From Epithemia pelagica (lineage: Eukaryota; Protista; Bacillariophyta), in NCBI GenBank assembly GCA_946965045.2, contig OX337242.1, positions 620,001 to 684,000 of the forward strand: DNA of 64,000 nucleotides, read 5' to 3'. The notes below the pieces were generated by a model that saw only the letters and a program-made list of their open reading frames with translations, ran no database searches and was not told the DNA's origin. Numbering within the stretch: the first letter of the stretch is position 1; each line of letters opens with the position of its first letter. Positions 55,001 to 64,000 of this stretch are shown here, one piece after another. Both the position numbers and the translations under genes were made by a program.

Positions 55001-56978
55001 GGGTCCATTCGGAATAATGATTGGCAAATAAGAAAAAGTGTTTGGCCATGTATTCGGTAAAGGAATCGGAATTGCTACCAATACCCGACAAGGTTTCCGT
55101 CCAGGTTCCCGTTTGAATATGAATGTGTTTGCCGAGTAAATACAAGAGGGATTGCCGCATCCACAAGGCCCGGGTGGCCCGTTGAGCGGCATTGGCAAAG
55201 TCCGGGTCACCCGTCAAGTGACTCAACAATTCAAATTCCAAAACCAAGGTACCACCACCGGCCAAGGAGGCAATGGGTGTTTCCTTGGGTGGAATACCAT
55301 CTTGCAAATGGACAGTCCCATAGGGAATGCCCGTGGCCGTGTCAAAGGCGGGCAATAAACGCCGTCCCAAATCCACCGCCAAGTCCAACAAAAAGCCATC
55401 GTACGACCACATTTGATCGGGAGACAATTTGGTTTTGGTCCGCGTGGCATTTTTCCAAACATTGTTGGTGTGACCACTGGGTGGAAAATGGTTTTTGGTG
55501 AGTGCTTGTGGCAGAAGCATGGATGATGACGACGATAAGGGATGACATGCAATGTGTGGATCAGCCGTCGACGATGACGATGACGACGACGACAAGGGGT
55601 CATTTGGATTGTGATTGTTGTGGTTCTCGTCGTCATTGTCGTCGTCGTCATGGACGACTGGACAGACTCCAAGAATGGCATCGTCGCGGCCCGTCCGTAC
55701 CCGTCGTTTTGGTCGTGTGGAGTGCTCCTCTCTGTTGTTGTGGTGGTGGTGGCGATTGGCCCGTGCAGACTCGTTGTCGTCGCCCAAGCGATCTGCCTCC
55801 TCGTTGTCATTGACAAAGACTTGATGATCCCAAATGAGAACGGGTGGTAACCACGCCGTGGCCAATTGATGCGCCGACAGCAATCCACCCAACAATCGAA
55901 TCGTGGTTTCAAAGACGGAGACATTGGCATTGACATGCCACAACCCCAATTCGCCCGTTTGGACATGAAGGTGTCGCAAACGTTCGACCGATCGGGCAAA
56001 TTCTGTCGTATTGCCCACAAGCAACCAAACATCGAGGGCATCCACCAAGGTCACGGCCGAGAGTGGGACCAAATCAAAGTCTCGAGGTTGACACGAGAGC
56101 GGCGAGACTTCGCCATGTCCTTGATCAAACCCATGATAAATGTAGGAACTGTAGGCATGATCGAGCATGTCGACAATCACGCGTCGATTGGCGTGCAATT
56201 TGGAAGGCGGAAAGGGAGGAAAGGCGGCAGACCCAGAGGAGGACAAGGACGACAAGCCAGAATCAGCGGTTCTACCACCACCGCCGCCGCCATGCCGTTG
56301 TGCCATGAGAGACCGATAGTCGGCCAGCCATTGTTCCACGGTATATGGCGATGATGGTCCGGGCTCTTTTTTTCTTTTTTGTGCTGACTCAGCCGTGTCT
56401 GGCTTGTCCTCCTCGTCAGTTTCAGTATTCAAAACGACCGAAGGTTCCACTTCATACTGCACAAAAAAGAGGGCTTGTACATGATCCCACAAGGCTTGAA
56501 TGTGTAACCAGGTTCTCAAGTCCGTCGTGGTGGTGGTTGGTTTGGATGATTGGGAAGTACTTGAAGTAGTGCTTGTTGTGGTGGTCAATGGCTGCAATTG
56601 ATTCCACAAGGACACATAATGTCGATGGATACTGGTTTGATACAAGGCCAAACGTTGCCGATGCGAAGGCAACCAATCGCTGCTATTCGTCGTCGTCGTC
56701 GAGTCATTGGGGGGTGTCGTCCACGCATGGGCCTTGGACTCCTCAGTGTCGTCGTCATGCTCCTCCGTTTCATCATCAAAGGGCGATGTGCTGGCCAATT
56801 TGGACAGAGAATTCAACAATTGATCCAACAGGGATTGAGAGGCGACGCTGGGTACAAGAAGAAGAAGGACGAGAAAACTGACGAGGACAAAACCAAAGAG
56901 GGAAGCTGGTGGTTTGCCGGTCCTTCTTCTTCTTATCCTTCCTATTCTTCTTCTTCTCTCTTGTGTGGAATTGTGCAT
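52099..56978 (-). CDS. EDEM3-like GH47 alpha-1,2-mannosidase with a C-terminal PA domain, 2 exons
   Basis: Exons 56978-52971 and 52884-52099, intron 52970-52885 (GTAAGT...CAG). GH47 motifs FETTIRLLGGLLSAH, GIGSNSDSF.EY, LRPELLES and ETLKYLYL, FTTEAHP. PA motif RGSCSFVDK..VINSD. Confidence 0.92.
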
Positions 56979-58293
56979 ACTGATACCAAACTGTTTTCTG
57001 TCCAGACAAGACGGCCACTTTTACCGTCCAAAGACTCGGATTGGTTCCTAGTCCTCTCCTCTCCCACAAAAGCAAGAGAGGTGTTGTTTCTGCTTCCAGA
57101 GTACCACTCGATGCTGCGCTTTGTCGACTGTTGAAGGACGGTGAGATGGATCGACAATGGTCCTTCCACAACAAGTTGGTTTGTGTATAGTGTGTGTATT
57201 CCAAGAGGCAAGTCTACCTAGTGTCTCAGTTCTTTGGTCTCAAGCCTCAACCGTCATTCTTCTTCTCGTTGTTGTGTGGTGTTTTTGTTGGTTGTGTTGC
57301 AGCGCTGTTTTTCCCCACCCAACCCCCAAATAAGAAGAAGGGGAGGGTCATCCTTGACGCACCCCCATCAAAAGTAAAAAGACCATCCAATACCCCCAAA
57401 CAAAAGATGGGGTATGCCCCCAATTCTGCAACCCATGGCAAGTCCACAGGTCATAGGTCATACTTAGGAGTAGCACTCTATTAGAGCATAGCATAGCAAA
57501 GGGGACGACCGACGACTTGTGTGCTCCTATTTTATCTATCGGGTTTGTTCCCGGAACATGGAAAGGAGGAATGCATGATAGTAGAAGAAGACCTAGTATA
57601 CAGATGACGAACCAACGACACATGCAACCAACACTCTATGCATCGATGCAGCCAACGTACCAACCAACGATACAGCCAACGAACCACCCAACACCTCCGC
57701 CTCCCACAGACACCGCATGTCACCTTTGCGGCGTCACGGTGGTATTGCAGAAGGACGATGGGTTATCTTTGCGCTAGATAGGGGCCTGGATGTAGTCTGG
57801 GCTCATGAGATGGCTTGCTCACTGGGCTGCCAATAATAATGTGGCCAAGGCGCATCGCGACAATCGTTTGGATCTTGGAACCGTCTTGGAGACAAACATA
57901 ATTATTCGTAAGGAATGCGCTCGTCAACTTACCAACAACGCGCACCGACGACCCCCTATTATTCGATGTGTTCACGAGAGGGAACACTACAGGACCGACA
58001 CCACCTTGCTTCTGTGGAACCATCCGTTTGGAGAAGGAGGTTAACGGATGGATCAAACCAACGTCTTGGATCTATACTAATTAAGAAAGCCATTGGTTCA
58101 ACGGATGCTTGCACTTTCTCTTGTGGAGAATCTACCTGGCATCGCATATAATAATAATACGAGTAATGAGATGATGGAGAAACAGAAACAACAACAACAA
58201 CTTGTATCATAAAATTTTAAGAAACGAACCTTTCGTTCTTCGGCCGTATCTTCTCCAGAACCCCATCACAAAGAACAACCGAAGATCCAAACC

Positions 58294-59274
58294 ATGGCGG
58301 ACGCCGACAGAGGATTCGTTCAAATCCCCGACAAAGGTAATTGTCAACTATGACAACGCTGCCGTACAGTGAATTAAGAATTTGTTTGCAAAAATAGACA
58401 AGTCTGCGAAGCCTCAGAGCCTCTTTGCCGATGGGAGCGAGTCTGCATATATGGTAAGGGAGCGAATTACCAAATCATTTGCCCCATGACCAACAGCTGC
58501 GGAGGTCCATTTCAATTACTGGCAATTATTGGTAACCTCCTCATGACGTTTCATCGCTACCTATGGGGCAAGAACAAGGTCCGGGGACGCGTCTTGCGGA
58601 GTGGTACGGACGGTGACGAGACCAAAAACCAGTGCTTTCTTCCACACCCTTCCGCGGATACCACCCAAGAACCTCTTGGCCAAGACGCCGAGCAAACCAC
58701 CACTACAGTGGTTCAGGAAAACTTGCAAGATGTCCTTTCTCACATGGAGGGTGGCACCAGCTTTTCCACCGACGCGCTCCGCACGCTCTACATGTCCCTC
58801 CTCTCTGGTTTGGTGGAAGATGATAGTCAAGACATGGACATTGACCAGATGATTGACAGTGCTATTGGCTCTATCGATATTAATGAAGATGGCATGATCG
58901 ATGTTTCGGAAATGGACCACATTCAGTTGCCGCGTCAATCCGGAGACTTTGCCTTTGATGACGTTGTGGCTTGCACGTCGTCCAACTTTTAGACTGCTTC
59001 GGGAGAAGACTGCGTGACGCCGGATAACGTTGTGGACTTTCTCAATATGTTTTACGGAGGCACCGAGGTGGTCAGTGCCGAACTGGCCCAACACATTCGC
59101 GAGACGAGTGGATCGGATGCCTGCTACACACGCGCCGAATTCGAAGCCGCCTTTGGAACGACCGACACGACCTTGTCGGGAGGCGCCTTGACCATGGTTC
59201 CGACTGATCCATCTTTGGTCGCCTCGCTTGCGTTTGGTGTCGTTGGAACGGCTATGTTTACCTTGGGGATGTAG
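58294..59274 (+). pseudogene. Probably disrupted gene with an EF-hand-like loop and a hydrophobic C-terminus
   Basis: Short exon MADADRGFVQIPDK|GTAATT. ORF 58486-58992 with DINEDGMIDVSE continues in frame past TAG 58990-92 to 59274. The exon structure could not be resolved cleanly. Confidence 0.4.
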
Positions 59275-59742
59275 TTGTCGTCGCCCTTCTCAACATTACA
59301 AAACTTACATGTCCGTTCTTCCATTATAGTCCTTGTTTCGGTTACGTAATATATACTCTTCCACAGTTGTTGTTGATCAGAATGTGCGCAGAGATACTAA
59401 TACTATGTGTGCTAGCTATACTATCTGAGTCGCGGTTATATTGCATGCCTTTTTTCGTCCAGACATTTTTGTGAGAGAGGAAGAAAGTTTTCGAGAGACG
59501 AGAGAGAGAGGGCTGTTGTTTCAACTGTTGAGAGTGGATATTGATGAAGAGCATTGCTCACACGAGAAGACGCTAGCGAGATTGGGCGCAATCAACAAAC
59601 AACCACAAACATCTTTTCATTGTGGTGCTAGGGACGAACGGAAGCCTTCCCGCAAGACTGCGACCAATCCAGGACATCAACGAGAAAACTACGAGGGATT
59701 TTCCAAGAAGGTCATTCATAATATCACAATTGGTGCAGGAAA

Positions 59743-61530
59743 ATGGTGACGGTATCCTCGACTTCGTCCTCGTCGTCTTCCTCTTATTCGAAACCAGCAT
59801 CCTGTTCGTCGTGGTATTCCCAACAATGTACCTATTTGCTTCCTCTTTTGGGATGGTTTCTCTTTTCCACCCTTCTTTCGTCGTACAACAAAATCGTTTT
59901 TGGGGGAGGAAGAGGTGTGAATGCTACCAATACGACAATGTCAACTCCCAGCAATTCGTCGTTCATGAATGGCGGTGGTGACTCGAGTTTCCACGACCAT
60001 CATGACAATGCTACTCAAGTACCGACGTCTGTCGCCACGGCCTCTTTGGCCTTTCCCTGCCCGTTGCTGATGACCAGTTTGCATTTTTTGGCTCAATGGA
60101 TGTTTGCCGAAACCCTCTGTACCTTATGGCCCTTGTATTGGGGATCACAGGGCATTTCTCGCATGTCCTGGCGTCTCTATTTGAGTGTGGCCGTGCCTTG
60201 TGGTGTTGTCACCTCGGCCGATATTGGTTTGAGCAATCTGAGCTATGTCACCTTGTCTCTGACATTGTACACTCTCATCAAGTCCAGTACACCAGTCTTT
60301 GTGTTGTTGTGGGCCCGACTCTTTGGATTGTTGCCGAATGGCATTACCTTTCACTTGTTCCTTGTCATTGCCTTGATTACCTTTGGGGAATATGTCTTGG
60401 TGGGAGGGCGCCATAACCATGACGAGGTTTCAGATAGCACCAACACAACGCTATACAATGGCACCAACACAAACACTTCTTCTCTTACGTTTTCTACATT
60501 GGATCTGGATACCACGGTAGATCCTACGATTCCCTGGACGGGTGTGATTCTGTGTTTGTGTGCCGCCGTCTTGTCGGGTGCTCGATGGACCTTGGTCCAA
60601 CTCAAATTACAAACCTTGCAACCGCCCTTACAAACCACAGTAGCCACCATGCGACTCTTGGCTCCCAGTATGTTTGTGAGTTTGTTTTGGGTATCTTTGC
60701 TTTTGGAAGAACCCTGGAATCGATTGCCTCCCTATTATCAGAGTCGGTTTGACGAGGATGACAGAATGCTTCAACATAACGGCGAGGCCGGTCGATCTCT
60801 CTTGCGAAGCAGCGTCGATCACAAATTCAATGCGACAGCTGCTGGTACGGACGGCAACGTTCTGCTGGACTCATCTTTGTCTTCTTCGTGGATGTGGGCT
60901 GGCACGTTACATTTTTTTGCCTTGGGTATGATTGGAGCTGGTTTTGCCATTGCCATGATATTGTGTGAATTTTATCTCATTATGAAAACCAATGCCCTCG
61001 TCTTGACGGTGGGAGGTGTCTTGAAGGAACTCATCACCATTGTGGTTGGCGTTTTGATCTTTGAAGATGAGTTGACGGGACGCATGATGGTGGGATGTAC
61101 CATTGTCTTTGGTGGTGTCATTTTGTACAAGTGTCAATGGTCGAAGGAACAACAACAGCAACGGTCACAGCTACAAACGGCAACCAGCACAAAAAACGCA
61201 CCAGAACGCAAGGGCAAGAAAAAGTCGAGTCACTCCGAAATAACCATGCTCTTGAGTGGCACGACGGACGATGATGAAAGCGACGACGAGGAGCATCAAG
61301 ATGATCACAAGGATGACGATTATCAGGTCACAGAACAACGTGACGTCGACCGTGGACCCTTGTCTCCCACTCATTCGTCCTCGTCTTCCTCTTCTGTTTC
61401 CTCATCCTATCATCGAAGACAAATGGTTCAGGGCAGCAGTTTCAACAGCAACCGAGAAAATGATCACCATCAGGAAGATGGAGCCGGAGTCATGATGGTC
61501 GAACTGACATCTTCAACGACCAAAGGCTAG
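59743..61530 (+). CDS. TPT/SLC35C2-like nucleotide-sugar or sugar-phosphate transporter
   Basis: Motifs STLLSSYNK, FPCPLLMTSLHF, DIGLSNLS, YTLIKSSTP, SGARWTLVQ and GVLKELITI. About 10 TM segments. Confidence 0.9.
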   Translation: MVTVSSTSSSSSSSYSKPASCSSWYSQQCTYLLPLLGWFLFSTLLSSYNKIVFGGGRGVNATNTTMSTPSNSSFMNGGGDSSFHDHHDNATQVPTSVATASLAFPCPLLMTSLHFLAQWMFAETLCTLWPLYWGSQGISRMSWRLYLSVAVPCGVVTSADIGLSNLSYVTLSLTLYTLIKSSTPVFVLLWARLFGLLPNGITFHLFLVIALITFGEYVLVGGRHNHDEVSDSTNTTLYNGTNTNTSSLTFSTLDLDTTVDPTIPWTGVILCLCAAVLSGARWTLVQLKLQTLQPPLQTTVATMRLLAPSMFVSLFWVSLLLEEPWNRLPPYYQSRFDEDDRMLQHNGEAGRSLLRSSVDHKFNATAAGTDGNVLLDSSLSSSWMWAGTLHFFALGMIGAGFAIAMILCEFYLIMKTNALVLTVGGVLKELITIVVGVLIFEDELTGRMMVGCTIVFGGVILYKCQWSKEQQQQRSQLQTATSTKNAPERKGKKKSSHSEITMLLSGTTDDDESDDEEHQDDHKDDDYQVTEQRDVDRGPLSPTHSSSSSSSVSSSYHRRQMVQGSSFNSNRENDHHQEDGAGVMMVELTSSTTKG

Positions 61531-61938
61531 TACTCTTATCGTTTGCTATCTATGACTGACTCGGATCCAACAAGAACACCTTCGCACAACGACAAAGACG
61601 GCGAGTAAGAAATGGAGCGCTTGTTCAAACCAAACCATCATCTCCATTTTCTTCTCTCCGACAGAAGGCTCAACCATCCTCGCATAGCTGCATTCTTCTT
61701 GCCGACGCAGAAAGAAGCAGCTTCATCTCACAAACCTCAAGTGCGCAACAGTTTCATGGCCTCCTCTTCTGAAACGAACTTATCAGATAAGCTATGACCA
61801 AAACAGGATCTCGATAACGGAGAATCTACTAGGGAAGTTTTCAATGGGAAGAAGGGCTCCTAGATTTTCCATATACACTGGAATTACTACGTTGGTTATC
61901 GCTTCCCCCCATCATACGTTCGAAATGACTTTTCTCCT

Positions 61939-64000
61939 TCAATATCCTGGTCCGGTGTGAATGTCACGAGGCATGGGACGGAAATACATGTAATTGACAT
62001 CTTGGCGATAGTTGTACTGGTCGGGATCCACATCAGTATCTTTCAAACACCCTCCTTTCACCCCAGCCGTCCATTTGGTTTGAAGATTATCCAATTTTGT
62101 TTGCATGGATTCCCATGCATCTTTCATGACTTTGACCAGTTCCGCTTGCGACAGGGCCTTGCCACCGACAGAAGATTCGAGTGGCACCGGTGTGGCATCT
62201 TCAAAGACATTGAGAAGAGGAGGTGGTGCATTGTGCTTAGCTCCAGGATAATCTGATGGGTCATACAACAAGTGAACAAAGTTGGCGTAGGCGGTGGCCA
62301 TGGCCACATAGGCCAAGGACCGCCATTCGTCCACGGCCGGAGGGCCCCCATCCTTGCATGTCTGCGTACTTCCCAACCGTGGGTCCATGGCGGAGGCAAT
62401 GGCTGTGGTCCCGTAAAACTGATGACGAATAACCAAATGGTTGATTGAATCGGCGGCAAAGGTAATGAGACCCTTCAACGTTTCGAATTTTTCATAGCGT
62501 GCTGGTAGTTTGTGGAAAATACCCTCCAATGCTTGGTAATAATCCTGCAATGCCTTGTCGTTCTTCACATTCAGATCATTGTTCTGATAGACCTTTTTCA
62601 AGATATCACTAGCATAGGATTCGAAAATCTCATAGTAGTCCAATTCCCATTCCAACTGATTGGCTACTGGTGGCTTCATTCTGGAGGCATAGTCGGGGGT
62701 TCCCTTGATCATGCCATTCACCTTCTTGCGCTCGTCAAAGTCCTCATCCGATGCGTAGGTAAAGCGATCGTAAATTCCCGTCAAGTAGTCGGTTAGGGCT
62801 CCGTATTTGAGGGCAAACACTTGGGAAAAGACGGCATTCTCCTGAACCAGATGTGCCGTAGTGAGCTCTTGGGCCAGACCGTGGGAAAACAAGTGAATGT
62901 ACAACATGACACGGAGTGGGTGGCCATTGAAATCGTTTAGTCCACCGTTCTCATTGGTGCCGTTACCCACGTTCAGGGCATAATCAAACATGTTGATGTT
63001 GGCTACTTCCAGCAAGTTGTAACTGTCATGAAAGTGGAAAAGACGAGCAGCGAGTGAGTTTCAGGATTGTTTGAGAACTTGTCCATGTGGAATCAGAATT
63101 CAACGTACGTCATGTGAATTCCCGCCAAATGCTTTCCGGCAACAACAGAAAAGTACAGAGAGGACACGACCATGGCTTCGGCCCGGCGAAAGATGGCTGA
63201 CTTCTTTTGGACCAATGTCTTGTATTCGGTACGGGGAGCCACAACCCATTTGAGTTTAAGGTTCTTGCTCCCATTGACACCAAAATAGGCAATACCGCCA
63301 TAGGGTTCATAGTCGTTCTTTTCTTCGTATTGTTCCAAGTGACGAAAGTCAATCACCAATCCGATCTCATCATTCCCATGATTAAAGATGCCGTTGTTGT
63401 CATTGGTGACAAGTTCAAAGAAGGGGAAGGAGGTGGTTTCTTTGGCACGTTGCAAAAACGTATTACCAATACCATACTGGGCCAGGTAGGCGAGGTATTG
63501 ACCGTCCTTGAAACTATCCACAGCTGGTTGGGGTGCATACTGCAATGTCTTACCCATAGCTGGGAAGTCAAATAAGGGAAGGGAGAACAAGTTGGAAGGG
63601 TACCGTTGTTGTCCATCTTCAGTTACACCCAAACGGACCTTATATTGAAGGGGCGTCTCAATATTTGCTTGAGGCAGAAAACGGTCGAGTTTGGCAATCA
63701 AACCAAATAGTTTTGTGACCCGCTGCACGAGACTTCCAGCATTTTCCAATGCTGTCTGTGGAAGACCATCGGATATGGCCGGAACGGCCATGTTGGATGC
63801 CACTTGGTAGGGATGCGATTCGGAATAGGGTTGCATGCTGACTTTCTTTGGAGCTTTGCTTTTGTAGACTTCACGTAGTGCCTGAGGTGCTGGTGGAGAA
63901 GGATTTCCCACCAAGACAAAATAAAAGACAGACCAGACAATGTAACTGATTTCGGAACGAAAGGATTGGTACAAGAGTGGAAAGGTCTTGAATACGGTGA
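61939..64000 (-). CDS. LOX: Lipoxygenase-family protein (5' end lies beyond the window)
   Basis: Frame open to the window edge. Intron 63108-63023 (GTACGT...CAG) joins KHLAGIHMT|YNLLEVA...HPLRVMLYIHLF, the LOX H-x4-H...HP...H pattern. Later FAADSINHLVIRH, and the protein ends IHTGPGY*. Confidence 0.8.

Noticed and set aside
57517-58044. QPT-repeat plus CHLC ORF resembling a decayed cell-surface protein
   Set aside because: No signal peptide, multiple stops and no recognisable domain, so it cannot be told apart from low-complexity intergenic DNA.
168-63974. Numerous long antisense or alternative-frame ORFs (for example 15031-15870, 37371-38075, 39332-40342, 47704-48957)
   Set aside because: They are shadows of real genes or low-complexity sequence, with no independent motifs.
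1-64000. Reassignment of TAG to a sense codon, suggested by two in-frame TAGs
   Set aside because: TAG ends several intact genes here (AKR, Rab1, HAD, multicopper oxidase, transporter), so it is a normal stop.
1-64000. tRNA, rRNA or snRNA genes
   Set aside because: No convincing cloverleaf or conserved rRNA/snRNA motif was seen by eye. tRNAscan-SE or Infernal would be needed to exclude them.

Overview
Eukaryotic nuclear DNA, most likely from a pennate diatom (inference from the Copia retroelement, DUF6824 gene, bipartite plastid-targeting presequences, short GT-AG introns and CAA-rich genes). I can support about 20 protein genes. They include a TUL1-like RING E3, a DGQHR/ParB-fold protein, a SLATT-like 2TM protein, 6PGL, a TPK K+ channel, Rab1, a HAD nucleotidase, two CHRD paralogs, a multicopper oxidase, XRN2, an EDEM3-like GH47, an SLC35C2-like transporter and a lipoxygenase. 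The centre holds a nested insertion: a Copia LTR retrotransposon (281-bp LTRs, ACGAG TSD) inside a non-autonomous PIF/Harbinger-like element (perfect 50-bp TIRs, TGA TSD), lying between the two CHRD genes. The best candidate for an undescribed system is a tandem gene pair: a 2795-aa acidic protein with nine SH3BGR-like thioredoxin-fold domains, followed by a basic 903-aa protein ending in the same domain. Several genes carry disruptions (two in-frame TAGs, a 1-bp deletion, orphan fragments). All family assignments come from motifs recognised by eye, with no database searches.
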